Positions 47,579 to 59,171 are shown, numbered from the stretch's first letter. The stretch: DNA of 64,000 nt from Gammaproteobacteria bacterium (GCA_040905045.1 JBBDSH010000096.1:4927-68926), one strand, 5' to 3'. The notes: generated by a model not told the origin, from the sequence alone. Numbers and translations are program-made.

Positions 47579-48574
47579 ATGACAGGCAAATGGCTTCTTA
47601 CAGCCGGGATAACAATGGCGTTTTTACCGGCCTCGATCAGCCTCGCGGCGGAGGTCGACAGCAATCTGCCGGATTACAAGCAGGCCAGCGGTATCTCCGG
47701 CAGCATCATCAGTGTCGGTTCCGATACCCTGAATAACCTTATGACATTGTGGACCGAGGAATTCAAGAAGGAGTATCCGAATGTCAGCATTGAGGTCCAG
47801 GGAGCGGGCTCCTCCACCGCGCCGCCGGCACTGGCCGAGGGCACCGCGAACCTGGGGCCGATGAGCCGCCGGATGAAGGACAGCGAACTGGCCGCCTTCG
47901 AGAAGAAGTACGGTTACAAACCCACCGCTATCGGTGTCGCCATCGACGCCCTGGCGGTTTATGTCCACAAGGATAATCCCGTTAAAGGACTGAGCATCCC
48001 GCAGGTGGATGCCGTTTTCTCGGCTACGCGATCCTGCGGTTACAGGGAAGATATCACCAACTGGGATCAAATCGGTGTCGGCGGTGAACTCGCGGGCCGT
48101 TCCATTCAGGTCTACGGTCGCAACTCCGTGTCCGGCACTTATGGCTACTTCAAGAAGAATGCCCTGTGCGGCGGCGATTTCAAGGACAGCGTCAACGAGC
48201 AGCCGGGTTCGGCCTCGGTGGTGCAGAGCGTGACCAAGTCACTGACCGGGATCGGTTATTCCGGTATCGGCTACAAGACCTCGGGTGTCCGTGCTGTGCC
48301 ACTGGCCAGTGAAGAGGGCGGCGAGTTCATACCGGCAACCCCGGAGATGGCCGCTTCCGGCAAATTTCCCCTGGCCCGTTTCCTTTACGTTTATATCAAC
48401 AAGAAGCCCAATGAATCGCCGGATCCCATTGTCGCCGAATTCATCAAGATGGTTCTGTCCAAGACCGGCCAGATGGTGGTGCTCAAGGATGGTTACGTGC
48501 CGCTTCCGGCCGTGGCCGCGAAGCGCGAACTGGCCAAGATCGGCATCGATATGGACCAGATTGCCGGCAGATAA
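47579..48574 (+). CDS. pstS: phosphate ABC transporter substrate-binding protein
   Basis: signal peptide; '[23 protein letters not shown]' phosphate-binding segment. Confidence 0.9.
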   Translation: MTGKWLLTAGITMAFLPASISLAAEVDSNLPDYKQASGISGSIISVGSDTLNNLMTLWTEEFKKEYPNVSIEVQGAGSSTAPPALAEGTANLGPMSRRMKDSELAAFEKKYGYKPTAIGVAIDALAVYVHKDNPVKGLSIPQVDAVFSATRSCGYREDITNWDQIGVGGELAGRSIQVYGRNSVSGTYGYFKKNALCGGDFKDSVNEQPGSASVVQSVTKSLTGIGYSGIGYKTSGVRAVPLASEEGGEFIPATPEMAASGKFPLARFLYVYINKKPNESPDPIVAEFIKMVLSKTGQMVVLKDGYVPLPAVAAKRELAKIGIDMDQIAGR

Positions 48575-48623
48575 CCCGGCAGTAATAACCCGTCCCGGAA
48601 CGGTTTCGTTCTCCGGAAAGACC

Positions 48624-48656
48624 CGGCCCCGCTTTGGCGGGGCTGTTTTATTTTGA
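48624..48656 (+). terminator. rho-independent terminator after pstS
   Basis: ccggccccgc-tttg-gcggggctg followed by ttttatttt. Confidence 0.7.
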
Positions 48657-48703
48657 ATTATGGTTCTTCAGCAAAATTTGTGGGTGTTTGATAGGGTAAT
48701 GGT

Positions 48704-48783
48704 GGATCTCGCCAAGATTGCCAAGCCCGCGAAGTAAGTATTGATGTGTACCTCTTTGCGAGCTTTGTGTGCTTTGCGAGATC
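48704..48783. repeat. MITE-like element, family B (between pstS and pstC)
   Basis: ggatctcgccaagattgccaagcccgcg...ctctttgcgagctttgtgtgctttgcgagatcc. Confidence 0.8.
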
Positions 48784-48936
48784 CTTTTGAAAAACCGGTC
48801 CCGAAACCCGGGTTCGATTCCGTGCGAGGCGGACGCAAAAAATTCTGTCTATCATAGAGTTGGCGTTCATGGCGAGCAGGATAACGCCCACAGAGGAATG
48901 TCGGGATACTTCCGGTTTCAATAATCGGTACGCAAT

Positions 48937-51288
48937 GTGCCATCAAGATTTTGCCTTCTTGTAACGAAACTGTCATATAGTCCACCTACACTGTCGGCCG
49001 TGACGAATTCCACCTCTCAATCATCGGCCGGTTCCCTGAGTTCCGAGTTTGCTTCCGCGGCGGTGCTGCGCCACCGACGCTGGCGTAACATCAAGGATTA
49101 TCTGACGAAATACCTGATGGCCATCGGCGGTCTCGGCGTCATCGTCGCCATAACAATAATTGCGTTTTATCTGCTTTATGTTGTGGCGCCGATGTTCCTG
49201 CCGGCGACCATCAGCAAACTACAGGATTACACGCCGCCGGTATCAACGCAGGAAAGCGTGTTTTATACCATGGAAGAGCAGCGCGAGATCGCCATGCAAC
49301 TCACCACCGACGGTGTAATCGAATATTTCCGTGCCGCAACCGGCGAATCCGTGAATCGTATTGACCTCGCCGAGGGCATGGATGCGGCTGTCACCGCCGT
49401 CGGCCGGGGTGATTCGGACGGCGGCGCCCTCGCGGTCGGTTTTGCCGACGGCAGCGTCCGGGTTGCCCGCCAGGTTTACAATGTTACCTATCCCGATGGC
49501 GAACGACTGATCACGCCCGGGCTGGACTATCCAATCGAGCGGGAAGCCCTGAAGCTTGTCGAAGACGGCCGCGCCGTCCGCCGCCTGGCGGTGGAGGCAA
49601 CGGAAGACGGTTCCACGGTTGCCGGAGTGGCGGATGACGGTTCCCTCCATATCGTCAAGGTGAAGCGCCAGGAAAATCTGTTGACACAGGAAGTTACGCT
49701 GGAACGAAGCGAGGGCCGGATACAACTGCCGACCACCGATATTCTGCATCTGCTTATCGACAAGCGGCAGCGCTGGTTGTACGCCGTGGACGGCAACGGC
49801 TTGATTCATTTCTATGACATCAGTAATGCCCGCAGCCCGCAGTTAATCGATCAGCAGAAGGTCGTCGCCACGGGTGAAGCGGTAACCGGTATCGACCTCC
49901 TCAGCGGCGGCTTTTCACTGATTATCGGGGACAGCGTCGGCGGACTGGCCCAGTGGTTTCCGGTCCGCGACGAAAATAACAACTATTCGCTGCAATTGAT
50001 TCGCGAGTTCAGCCCCATGAAGTCGGCGGTTACCGTGATTACGCCCGAGTTCTATCGCAAGGGTTTTGTCGTGGGCGACGCTTCCGGGAATCTGGCTATC
50101 TATCATGCCACGGCCCATCAGCGCGTGCTTCTGCGTACCATTGCCGACAAGCCGATCACTGCCGTCGGCATGGCGCCGCGCGCCAACGGCCTTCTGACCC
50201 AGGTCAATGGTGAGAATGCGATCAGTTTCTGGAACGTCGATAACCCGCATCCCGAAATTTCCTTCAAGTCGATCTGGGGCAAGGTCTGGTACGAAGGCCG
50301 TGGGCAGCCGGAGTATATCTGGCAATCGTCGTCGGCGAGCAGCGATTTCGAACCCAAATTCAGTCTGACGCCGCTGGCATTCGGTACGTTGAAGGCGGCC
50401 TTTTACGCCATGTTGTTTTCCATCCCGCTGGCCATTCTCGGGGCCATGTATACGGCCTATTTCATGTCACGCCGCATGCGTGAATATGTCAAGCCCACCA
50501 TCGAGATTATGGAAGCACTGCCGACTGTGATCCTCGGCTTCCTGGCCGGACTGTGGTTCGCGCCGTTCGTCGAAAATCATCTGCCGGGTATTCTCATGCT
50601 GCTGTTTTTCGTGCCGGCATCGATCATTCTGGCCGCCTGGGGCTGGCGATATATGCCTGATGGTCTCCGCGAGCGGGTCCCGGACGGTTGGGAAGCGGCT
50701 TTGCTGATGCCGGTGATTATATTGGCCGTCTGGGCGGCCGTGGCACTCAGCGCCCCGGTGGAAGTGTTGCTGTTCGACGGCAACATGCCTTTCTGGCTGA
50801 CCCGCGAACTCGGTATTCCCTACGAACAACGCAACTCCCTGGTCGTCGGCTTCGCCATGGGGTTCGCGGTGATACCGACCATCTTTTCTATCAGCGAGGA
50901 TGCCCTCTACAGCGTACCCAAAACACTGACGATCGGCTCTCTGGCCCTGGGCGCCACAAGCTGGCAGACCATGACCCGGGTGGTACTGCTGACCGCCAGT
51001 CCGGGTATTTTCTCCGGAGTGATGATCGGATTCGGCCGGGCGGTGGGGGAAACCATGATCGTGGTGATGGCAACCGGTAATACCGCGGTGATGGACCTGA
51101 ATATATTCCAGGGTTTTCGCGCCATGTCGGCGAATATCGCGGTGGAGATGCCGGAAACGGCCGTTAACAGTTCGCATTACCGCATCCTGTTTCTTGCCGG
51201 GCTGGTGCTTTTCCTGGCGACGTTTTTCCTGAATACCATCGCGGAGCTGGTGCGCCAGCGCCTGCGCAACAGATACAGCAGTCTGTAG
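48937..51288 (+). CDS. pstC: phosphate ABC transporter permease PstC, long form with about 400-aa periplasmic insert
   Basis: C-terminal core with 'EALPTVILGFLAGLW'; the Pseudomonas-type long PstC architecture; start approximate. Confidence 0.8.
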   Translation: MPSRFCLLVTKLSYSPPTLSAVTNSTSQSSAGSLSSEFASAAVLRHRRWRNIKDYLTKYLMAIGGLGVIVAITIIAFYLLYVVAPMFLPATISKLQDYTPPVSTQESVFYTMEEQREIAMQLTTDGVIEYFRAATGESVNRIDLAEGMDAAVTAVGRGDSDGGALAVGFADGSVRVARQVYNVTYPDGERLITPGLDYPIEREALKLVEDGRAVRRLAVEATEDGSTVAGVADDGSLHIVKVKRQENLLTQEVTLERSEGRIQLPTTDILHLLIDKRQRWLYAVDGNGLIHFYDISNARSPQLIDQQKVVATGEAVTGIDLLSGGFSLIIGDSVGGLAQWFPVRDENNNYSLQLIREFSPMKSAVTVITPEFYRKGFVVGDASGNLAIYHATAHQRVLLRTIADKPITAVGMAPRANGLLTQVNGENAISFWNVDNPHPEISFKSIWGKVWYEGRGQPEYIWQSSSASSDFEPKFSLTPLAFGTLKAAFYAMLFSIPLAILGAMYTAYFMSRRMREYVKPTIEIMEALPTVILGFLAGLWFAPFVENHLPGILMLLFFVPASIILAAWGWRYMPDGLRERVPDGWEAALLMPVIILAVWAAVALSAPVEVLLFDGNMPFWLTRELGIPYEQRNSLVVGFAMGFAVIPTIFSISEDALYSVPKTLTIGSLALGATSWQTMTRVVLLTASPGIFSGVMIGFGRAVGETMIVVMATGNTAVMDLNIFQGFRAMSANIAVEMPETAVNSSHYRILFLAGLVLFLATFFLNTIAELVRQRLRNRYSSL

Positions 51289-51291
51289 GAA

Positions 51292-52968
51292 ATGCAATCC
51301 ATGTCATTGCGAGCCTGGTACAAAAGTGGTGACCCCTTCATCTGGCTGAACGCCGGAGCGGTGGCCGTGTCGATTCTGCTTGTTGTCGGCCTGCTTTACA
51401 TCATTGCCGTCAACGGGCTGGGACATTTCTGGCCGAATGCAGTTGTCGGGCTTGATTATCAATATGACGAAGACAACAGCATGCGTATTCTGGGTGAGAT
51501 GGTCGACCATGAGACGGTGCCGCTGACCCGTTTCGAGGAGCGGATTGCCGCCTTCGTCCCCGAAGGACAGGAGATCGTCGGCCGCACCCTGTTCAAGGTC
51601 GGCAATCGACGTGAGTTCAATGCCGATTTTCGCTGGATATTGGATCCTCTCCAGAGTGCTCATGTCTATCCTGAGGAAGCGACCGTTATCGAGCGGCGCG
51701 AATGGGGCAATTTCTACGGCTATGTTCGTGATATCAAGGTCGGCGGCGAGCCGCTCAATCTGACCGGCGACCGGCCCTGGACTGAACTGCGTGAGCGTGT
51801 TGATGAAGCACAGCGGCTTTTTAATGAAGTACGCCATATCGAGAAGAATCTTATCGGCGATATCAACTACCGGATAGAGCAACTGCGCCTGGAAGAAAAA
51901 CGACTGCGACTCCGGGGTGTTGAAGATGAGCAGGCCTATCACGACATTGAGCGCCAGGTAGCGGAACAACAAGCTGCCTATGATGATCTTCTTGGAAAGC
52001 TCGGCGAGTTAAAAAAGGACCTGGCCAGCGTGAGCATGGTGGGCGAACTGTCCGATGGCCGCCAGGTGGAAATCTCCATGGCCGATATCGTGCGTGCCTA
52101 CCGCCCGAACGCCATGGGATTTTTCGACAAGGTCGGCTTTTATTTTGAGAAACTCTGGGAGTTCGTCAGCGACGAGCCGCGCGAGGCCAATACCGAGGGC
52201 GGTATTTTCCCTGCCATATTCGGTACAGTCATGATGGTGATGATAATGGCCGTGATGGTGACGCCTTTCGGCGTCATCGCCGCCGTTTACATGCGTGAAT
52301 ACGCCAGGCAAGGCCTGGTCACGCGTGCCATACGAATCGCCGTGAATAATCTTGCCGGCGTGCCGTCAATTGTATACGGTATTTTTGGTCTGGGATTTTT
52401 TGTCTACTTCCTCGGCGGGACGATTGATGAACTTTTCTACACGGCGGCGCTGCCGCAGCCGACCTTCGGCACGCCGGGGATTTTCTGGGCGTCGCTGACG
52501 CTGGCCATACTGACGCTGCCGGTAGTGATTGTGTCCACCGAAGAGGGTTTGACCCGGGTGCCGCGCTCCATCCGCGAGGGCTCGCTCGCGCTCGGTGCGA
52601 CTAAAGCGGAAACACTCTGGCGCACCGTGCTGCCGATGTCGGCGTCGGCCATGATGACCGGCCTGATCCTTGCGGTCGCGCGCGCCGCCGGCGAAGTGGC
52701 GCCGCTCATGCTTGTCGGCGTCGTCAAGCTGGCGCCGTCCCTGCCGCTGGACGGCAATTTCCCTTATCTGCATCTGGAGCGGAAATTCATGCATTTGGGC
52801 TTCCATATCTACGATGTCGGCTTCCAGAGCCCCAATGTTGAGGCGGCCAGACCGCTGGTTTACGCGACTTCCCTGTTGCTTGTGCTTATTATTATCGTAT
52901 TGAATTTGACGGCAATCCGGATAAGAAATCGCCTGAGAGAGAAATTCCGTGCAGCTGAACAGAACTGA
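51292..52968 (+). CDS. pstA: phosphate ABC transporter permease PstA, long form
   Basis: ABC TM permease signature '[20 protein letters not shown]' (EAA loop). Confidence 0.8.
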   Translation: MQSMSLRAWYKSGDPFIWLNAGAVAVSILLVVGLLYIIAVNGLGHFWPNAVVGLDYQYDEDNSMRILGEMVDHETVPLTRFEERIAAFVPEGQEIVGRTLFKVGNRREFNADFRWILDPLQSAHVYPEEATVIERREWGNFYGYVRDIKVGGEPLNLTGDRPWTELRERVDEAQRLFNEVRHIEKNLIGDINYRIEQLRLEEKRLRLRGVEDEQAYHDIERQVAEQQAAYDDLLGKLGELKKDLASVSMVGELSDGRQVEISMADIVRAYRPNAMGFFDKVGFYFEKLWEFVSDEPREANTEGGIFPAIFGTVMMVMIMAVMVTPFGVIAAVYMREYARQGLVTRAIRIAVNNLAGVPSIVYGIFGLGFFVYFLGGTIDELFYTAALPQPTFGTPGIFWASLTLAILTLPVVIVSTEEGLTRVPRSIREGSLALGATKAETLWRTVLPMSASAMMTGLILAVARAAGEVAPLMLVGVVKLAPSLPLDGNFPYLHLERKFMHLGFHIYDVGFQSPNVEAARPLVYATSLLLVLIIIVLNLTAIRIRNRLREKFRAAEQN

Positions 52969-52981
52969 GAAGATCATTGAT

Positions 52982-53857
52982 ATGAATAATGAAACCGGAC
53001 AATTCAGTCCCGGCGACCCGGAGTCACAGGCCGGGGGGAGCCATAAATTCAATGTGGGCGCCGGTCTTGCCGATCGCAAGCACAGACTGCATCTCAAAAA
53101 CGAGACGCCCTGTCTCAAGGTCAGCGACTTCAACCTTTTCTACGGTGCCGATCAGGCATTGAAGAACATCAATATGATTATTCCCCAGGAGCGGGTTACC
53201 GCCTTTATCGGCCCGAGCGGCTGCGGTAAATCAACATTGTTGCGATGCTTTAACCGGATGAATGATTTGATAGATATTGTTAAAACGGAAGGCAGTATCT
53301 ATCTGCATGAACAGGATATCTATAACAAGAAAGTCAATGTTGCCGAATTGCGCCGCCGCATCGGCATGGTGTTTCAAAAGCCCAATCCCTTTCCAAAGTC
53401 GGTATATGAAAACGTGGCTTATGGTTTGCGTATACAGGGGGTGCGGGACCGGCACAAGCTTGATGATGCCGTGGAGAATTCTTTGCGCAGTGCCGCCCTG
53501 TGGGACGAGGTCAAGGATCGACTCAATACCAATGCACTGGGTCTGTCCGGAGGGCAACAACAACGTCTGGTTATCGCCCGTGCCATTGCCATAGAGCCGG
53601 AGATACTGTTGCTGGACGAGCCGGCTTCGGCGCTGGATCCGATTTCGACGCTTAAAATCGAGGAACTCATACATGAACTTAAAAACAATTATACTATCGT
53701 TATTGTGACCCATAATATGCAGCAGGCGGCACGCGTGTCCGATTATACCGCCTATATGTATATCGGCGAGATAATCGAATATACTGATACCAATACACTT
53801 TTCACCAATCCGGGCAAAAAAATGACCGAGGATTACATTACCGGTCGTTACGGTTGA
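52982..53857 (+). CDS. pstB: phosphate ABC transporter ATP-binding protein
   Basis: Walker A 'GPSGCGKST', signature 'LSGGQQQRL', Walker B 'ILLLDEP'. Confidence 0.9.
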   Translation: MNNETGQFSPGDPESQAGGSHKFNVGAGLADRKHRLHLKNETPCLKVSDFNLFYGADQALKNINMIIPQERVTAFIGPSGCGKSTLLRCFNRMNDLIDIVKTEGSIYLHEQDIYNKKVNVAELRRRIGMVFQKPNPFPKSVYENVAYGLRIQGVRDRHKLDDAVENSLRSAALWDEVKDRLNTNALGLSGGQQQRLVIARAIAIEPEILLLDEPASALDPISTLKIEELIHELKNNYTIVIVTHNMQQAARVSDYTAYMYIGEIIEYTDTNTLFTNPGKKMTEDYITGRYG

Positions 53858-53874
53858 TTGACAGCGAGGCTTGC

Positions 53875-54600
53875 ATGAGCAGCAACAAGATGACACCCCA
53901 TATATCACGTGCCTTTGACCAGGATCTGGAAAACATCCGCACCCGTGTTATGGAGATGGGCGGGCTTATTGAACAGCAGCTGGAGAATGCGCTCAAGGGG
54001 CTGGTGGATAATGAAGTGGAAACCGCGGAAAGTGTTCTCAAGGCTGAATACCGGGTTAATTCGATGGAAGTGTCCATCGATGAGGACTGCACCCAGATAC
54101 TGGCGAAGCGCCAGCCGGCGGCCGGCGATTTGCGTCTGGTGATGGCTGTCGGTAAAACAATAACCGATCTGGAACGCGTGGGCGATGAAGCCCAGAAAAT
54201 CGCCAAGATGGCAATCGAGCTGTCACAGAAGAGCGGCCCGAAATCCTATTACATCGGTATCAATTCAATGGGAAATCATGTCCGTAAAATGTTGCGCGGG
54301 TCCCTGGATGCTTTTGCACGCATGGACTCGAAAGCGGCACTGGAAGTCGCCTCTCAGGAGCCGGAATCGGATGATCAATACGCGGCGCTTCTTCGCCAGA
54401 TGATTACCTACATGATTGAAGATCCGCGCAGCATTACATCGGTACTGGATGCGATATGGTGCGCCCGCTCACTGGAGCGGGTCGGCGATCATGCACGCAA
54501 TATTTGCGAATACACGATATATCTGGTCGAAGGCAAGGATGTTCGCCACATCAGCCTTGATCAGATCGCCAGGGAAATCGGATCGGAAGACAACCCTTGA
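53875..54600 (+). CDS. phoU: phosphate signalling complex protein PhoU
   Basis: 'MSSNKMTPHISRAFDQDLENIRTRVMEMGG' aligns with the E. coli PhoU N-terminus; two PhoU repeats. Confidence 0.9.
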   Translation: MSSNKMTPHISRAFDQDLENIRTRVMEMGGLIEQQLENALKGLVDNEVETAESVLKAEYRVNSMEVSIDEDCTQILAKRQPAAGDLRLVMAVGKTITDLERVGDEAQKIAKMAIELSQKSGPKSYYIGINSMGNHVRKMLRGSLDAFARMDSKAALEVASQEPESDDQYAALLRQMITYMIEDPRSITSVLDAIWCARSLERVGDHARNICEYTIYLVEGKDVRHISLDQIAREIGSEDNP

Positions 54601-54670
54601 GTGCGTACCACTGCCTTTGCCGGGTTGAGGATGTCCGCCGGTGTCTGTAATGAGTCAATATTGACGAGCT

Positions 54671-56749
54671 ATGGAATCGAACAATCTCCTGTCGCCTGAA
54701 CTCTATATCAATCGTGAACTCAGCATGCTTGAGTTCAACCGGCGTGTTATCAACCAGGCGCTGGATGAAGAACTGCCGTTGCTGGAACGGCTGCGCTTCC
54801 TGTGCATCGCCGGCACCAACCTGGACGAGTTTTTCGAGGTTCGCGTCGCCGGTATCAAGCAGCAGGTCAAGTTCGGCTCCGTTCAAACCGGCCCCGACAA
54901 CCTGACACCATCGGAAGTGCTCAGGCATATCAGCGAACGCGTCCATGAACTGGTTAACGAACAGTATCGTATACTTAACGAATCGATCATGCCGGCTCTG
55001 GAAAATGAAAATATCCGTACCTTGCGCCGGAATGAATGGAAAGCGAATACAGCTCGCTGGATTAGGCGTTATTTCAACAGCAATGTGCTTCCCGTCCTCA
55101 GCCCCATAGGACTGGACCCCGCCCATCCCTTTCCGCGGGTGCTGAACAAGAATCTGTATTTCATCGTATCCCTTGAAGGCAAGGATGCTTTCGGCCGGGA
55201 AAGCGATTTGGCCATTGTCCAGGCACCGCGTTCGCTGCCCCGGGTAGTGCATATACCCGAGCAGTATGCCGCAGGCCCCCATGAGTTTGTCCTGCTGTCT
55301 TCCATCATCCATGCCCATGTCGGCGATTTGTTTCCGGGCATGAAGGCCACCGGCTGTTACCAGTTCAAGGTGACCCGCGACAGTGAGTTATTCGTTGACA
55401 ATGAGGAAGTCGATGATCTGCTGCGCGCTCTGGAAGGCGAACTGCCGTCGCGGCGATTCAGCGACGCCGTGCGTCTCGAGGTGGCGGACAACTGCCCGGA
55501 GGAATTGAGTGATTTTCTGCTGCGGAAATTCGGACTGACCGACGAGGAACTTTATATGGTCAACGGCCCGGTTAATCTGAACCGGTTAATGGCCGTCTAT
55601 GATCTGGTGGATAAGCCGGATCTGAAATTCCCCGGCTTTACGCCGGAAGTACCGCCGAGATTGATGAAGAGTACCAGCGTCTTCGATACGTTGCGCAACG
55701 GCGATATTCTTCTGCATCATCCGTTTCAGTCGTTTGGATCCGTTGTCGATTTCCTGCGTCAGGCGGCGGCCGACCCGAATGTGCTTTCCATCAAGCAGAC
55801 ACTGTACCGGGCCGGCGATGATTCCATCGTGGTCGAGGCGCTCAAGGACGCCGCCCGGGCCGGCAAGGAGGTGACCGTGGTGGTGGAACTGCGGGCGCGG
55901 TTCGACGAAGAGGCCAATATCGAACTGGCGACGGAACTGCAGGATGTTGGCGCTCATGTGGTATACGGTATCGTCGGCTACAAAACCCATGCCAAGATGA
56001 TCCTGGTGGTTCGCCGGGAGGGACGCTCACTGCGCCGTTACGTGCACCTGGGTACCGGCAACTATCACGTAAAAACCGCAAGAATCTATACGGATTACAG
56101 CCTGCTGACCTGTGACAAGGCGGTCGGCGAAGACGTCAACAAATTGTTTCATCAGCTCACCGGTCTTGGTCGGGCCGGCAAGCTGAAGAAACTGCTGCAG
56201 TCGCCGTTCACATTACATAAACGTTTGCAGGCCTTGATCGAAAGCGAGATTGAAAACGCGCGTGCCGGCAAGCAGGCGCGCATCATCGCCAAGATGAATT
56301 CCCTCGCCGATGGCGATATTATCCGCAGCCTGTACCTCGCCTCACAGGCCGGCGTAAAAATCGATCTGATCATCCGGGGGATATGCTGCCTGCGGCCGGG
56401 CGTCAAGGGCGTTTCGGACAACATAACGGTTCGATCCGTGGTCGGCCGTTTTCTGGAGCACAGCCGGGTCTATTATTTTTTCCAGGACGGTGAGGAACGG
56501 GTGTATTGTTCCAGTGCCGACTGGATGCCGCGCAACCTGCATCATCGTGTGGAAGTGTGTTTCCCCATCGAGGAAAAACGCCCGCGCGATCAGGTTATCA
56601 AGCATGGCCTTCTCAATTACCTGCAGGACAACACCCGCGCCTGGGCGCTGCAGAGCGACGGCTCCTATAAGCGTCTGAAACCGGGCAGTCACAAGCCGCG
56701 ATCAGCGCAGCGGCATTTGCTGGAGTATTACTGCGATTATAAAGGGTAG
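54671..56749 (+). CDS. ppk: polyphosphate kinase 1
   Basis: 692 aa; 'YINRELSMLEFNRRVI' N-terminus, PLD-like 'HAKMILVVRRE' and 'GTGNYH' motifs. Confidence 0.9.
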   Translation: MESNNLLSPELYINRELSMLEFNRRVINQALDEELPLLERLRFLCIAGTNLDEFFEVRVAGIKQQVKFGSVQTGPDNLTPSEVLRHISERVHELVNEQYRILNESIMPALENENIRTLRRNEWKANTARWIRRYFNSNVLPVLSPIGLDPAHPFPRVLNKNLYFIVSLEGKDAFGRESDLAIVQAPRSLPRVVHIPEQYAAGPHEFVLLSSIIHAHVGDLFPGMKATGCYQFKVTRDSELFVDNEEVDDLLRALEGELPSRRFSDAVRLEVADNCPEELSDFLLRKFGLTDEELYMVNGPVNLNRLMAVYDLVDKPDLKFPGFTPEVPPRLMKSTSVFDTLRNGDILLHHPFQSFGSVVDFLRQAAADPNVLSIKQTLYRAGDDSIVVEALKDAARAGKEVTVVVELRARFDEEANIELATELQDVGAHVVYGIVGYKTHAKMILVVRREGRSLRRYVHLGTGNYHVKTARIYTDYSLLTCDKAVGEDVNKLFHQLTGLGRAGKLKKLLQSPFTLHKRLQALIESEIENARAGKQARIIAKMNSLADGDIIRSLYLASQAGVKIDLIIRGICCLRPGVKGVSDNITVRSVVGRFLEHSRVYYFFQDGEERVYCSSADWMPRNLHHRVEVCFPIEEKRPRDQVIKHGLLNYLQDNTRAWALQSDGSYKRLKPGSHKPRSAQRHLLEYYCDYKG

Positions 56750-56780
56750 TAAAGTTACAAGTATAAATTCATAAGATTAA

Positions 56781-56856
56781 ATTCTCGCAAAGCACGCAGA
56801 GATCGCAAAGGTTTAAAATTTCATGGTGCCTTCGCGCCCTTGGCGGTCTTTGCGAG
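56781..56856. repeat. MITE-like element, family B
   Basis: attctcgcaaagcacgcagagatcgcaaagg...ggcggtctttgcgagataa. Confidence 0.8.
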
Positions 56857-56919
56857 ATAATTTTCATTTTATACAAGCAGGTAACGGCGATGGGGTTGGT
56901 ACGTAGCATGCAGTATTGG

Positions 56920-58416
56920 CTAATCCAGTATCAGCCGGAAGCCGGCGGCCTTGAGATATTCCTGCTCCTGTTCCAGGTCGGCAACGGTCAGGGGGTGTTT
57001 CCGGCACCATTCTTCCGGCAGACGCAGAAGCAACTCCTGATCCGAGGCATCCAGGTCCAGTTTCGGCGGGACCGAATTAGTACGGCCGCGGTTCATAACC
57101 ACTGCCAGTCGCAGTAGTATGCACAGACGGGTGACCCGCTCCCGGTCTTCGGCCGGCAGGGATTCCAGTTCCTGCAGAGGGAATTTTCGCCGGTGCGCGC
57201 GTACCAATACCGCCAGTATGTATTGTTCAGGCCTGGAGAAACCGGGCAGGTCGGAATGGGTCAGCAGATAGGCGCCGTGACGATGATACTGGCTGTGGGC
57301 GATGGACAGTCCGATTTCATGCAGGCGCGCGCTCCATTCAAGCAGTTTTCCATCAACCTGTTCATCCAGTTTCCAGCTTGTGCGTACCGCCCTGAACAGG
57401 TCCGTTGCCGTAGTGCGGACCCGCTCAGCCTGTTCCGTGTCGACATGGTAGCGCTTTGCTGTCTCGTCAACGGTGGAATCCCGGATATCCTTCTGGTGGA
57501 CGCGTCCGAGCAGATCATACAATAAGCCTTCCCTGAGGGCTCCGTCCGAGTAGGACATGTGCTCGATTCCAAAGGCATCAAAGGCGGCTTTCAATACGCA
57601 GACGCCGCCGGCAAATACGTCTCTCCTGCGCTCGGATAAACCGTTAAGCTGCAGCTTGTCAGTATGGCCGGTTTCGACGAGATAATCGGAAAGCCTTTTC
57701 AGTGAAGACAAAGTGATTCCCGTATTACTCCAGCCGGCATTGACGACGACATCGTTAATGGTGCAAATAGTACCCGATGAACCGACAACACTTTCCCAGC
57801 CGGCTCGCCGGTACCGGGCTTCCACCACCTCCAGTTCCTGACGGCATGCCAGGCCGGCGCGGCGCATTTTTTTGGCGGTAATTTCACCGTCGCTAAAAAA
57901 TTGCCTGCTGACGCTGACACAACCCATATAAAGACTGTCGGTGAGTTTGGGAGTAAAGCCGTGCCCGATAATCAATTCCGTACTGCCGCCGCCGATATCC
58001 ACGACCAGGCGCTGTTCCGAATCGTTGTAAATCGTGTGTGCCACGCCCAGGAAAATCAGCCGCGCTTCTTCACGGCCGGAAATGATTTCCACGGGACAAC
58101 CCAGTGCACGTCTGGCCTGATTAAGGAAATCGCGGCTGTTACGCGCCTTGCGCAGAGTATTGGTTCCCACGGCACGGACATTGATACGCGGAATTTCACG
58201 GATGCGTTGACCGAATCGCTGCAGGCATTCCATGGCCCGCTGTATGGCTTCATCATTGAGGACATCATCCTCATCCAGGCCGGACGCCAGTCTCACCATC
58301 TCCTTAAGCCGGTCGATAATTTGCAGGCGGCCGTCCTGGTATCTGGCCACGATCATGTGGAAGCTGTTTGAACCAAGGTCGACAGCGGCGAAATATTCTT
58401 CCATATTGTCATTCAT
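56920..58416 (-). CDS. ppx: exopolyphosphatase (Ppx/GppA family)
   Basis: 'FAAVDLGSNSFHMIVAR' N-terminal ASKHA fold; 498 aa; convergent with ppk. Confidence 0.85.
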   Translation of the reverse strand: MNDNMEEYFAAVDLGSNSFHMIVARYQDGRLQIIDRLKEMVRLASGLDEDDVLNDEAIQRAMECLQRFGQRIREIPRINVRAVGTNTLRKARNSRDFLNQARRALGCPVEIISGREEARLIFLGVAHTIYNDSEQRLVVDIGGGSTELIIGHGFTPKLTDSLYMGCVSVSRQFFSDGEITAKKMRRAGLACRQELEVVEARYRRAGWESVVGSSGTICTINDVVVNAGWSNTGITLSSLKRLSDYLVETGHTDKLQLNGLSERRRDVFAGGVCVLKAAFDAFGIEHMSYSDGALREGLLYDLLGRVHQKDIRDSTVDETAKRYHVDTEQAERVRTTATDLFRAVRTSWKLDEQVDGKLLEWSARLHEIGLSIAHSQYHRHGAYLLTHSDLPGFSRPEQYILAVLVRAHRRKFPLQELESLPAEDRERVTRLCILLRLAVVMNRGRTNSVPPKLDLDASDQELLLRLPEEWCRKHPLTVADLEQEQEYLKAAGFRLILD

Positions 58417-58474
58417 AATGAATTAATCGCGCTCCGGGGGTCTTGCCCCGGATAATTATGTGGAGATTTGCCGG

Positions 58475-58987
58475 ATGCTTCCCAAGCATACCCTGATTTT
58501 GTTACGTCATGGTAAATCGGACTGGTCCGCCGAAGTGGATGACTTCCACCGGCCGCTGAACAAACGCGGCGAGAAGTCAGTTCCGAAGGTCGGGAAATGG
58601 CTGAAGGACCATGGACCATTGCCGGATCGTATTATCTCCTCTCCCGCGGAGCGGGCCTGGCGTACAGCCCGCCTGATGGCACGGGCCCTGGGCCTGGAAG
58701 AATCGGAGATAATCCGGGAGCAGCGCGTCTATGAGTCCGGCCTGGAGGATTTGGTGGCGGTAATCGACAGCTACTGCGGTGACACGGATTGTTTGATGAT
58801 TGTCGGTCATAATCCCGGTCTGGATGAATTGCTCATGCACTTGTCCGCCACACCGCCGCCCCGCAACGAAACCGGCAAACTGATGACCACGGGGGCCATG
58901 GCGATACTCGACTATGCTTCACAGCCCATCAGCAGTGGTGCCGGCAGTGCAGAACTGAAAGAATTGAAGCGACCCAAGGAACTATGA
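58475..58987 (+). CDS. histidine phosphatase family protein (SixA-like)
   Basis: 'LILLRHGKSDW' RHG motif, later 'IVGHNP'. Confidence 0.65.
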   Translation: MLPKHTLILLRHGKSDWSAEVDDFHRPLNKRGEKSVPKVGKWLKDHGPLPDRIISSPAERAWRTARLMARALGLEESEIIREQRVYESGLEDLVAVIDSYCGDTDCLMIVGHNPGLDELLMHLSATPPPRNETGKLMTTGAMAILDYASQPISSGAGSAELKELKRPKEL

Positions 58988-59077
58988 GGAGTAAGGAGTA
59001 ATTGAGCTCCTTTCTGCGCATAGGTGACGTGGACAGACAATCATTCATCTTCCTGCCGCAGTTTGTCCCCGGATTTT

Positions 59078-59171
59078 GATCTCGCAAAGGGCGTAAAGCC
59101 TGCCCTAGAGCCCCATCCAGGGACCGGCAAGGAAAACAACCGCTTTATTACCTTTGCGCTCTTGGCGAGAT
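59078..59171. repeat. MITE-like element, family B
   Basis: gatctcgcaaagggcgtaaagcc...cctttgcgctcttggcgagatc. Confidence 0.8.

Noticed and set aside
48790-48835. GGTTCGATTCC T-loop-like motif suggesting a tRNA or tRNA remnant
   Set aside because: Flanking sequence does not form a T-stem, acceptor stem or cloverleaf. Probably a chance match, or at most a degraded fragment.
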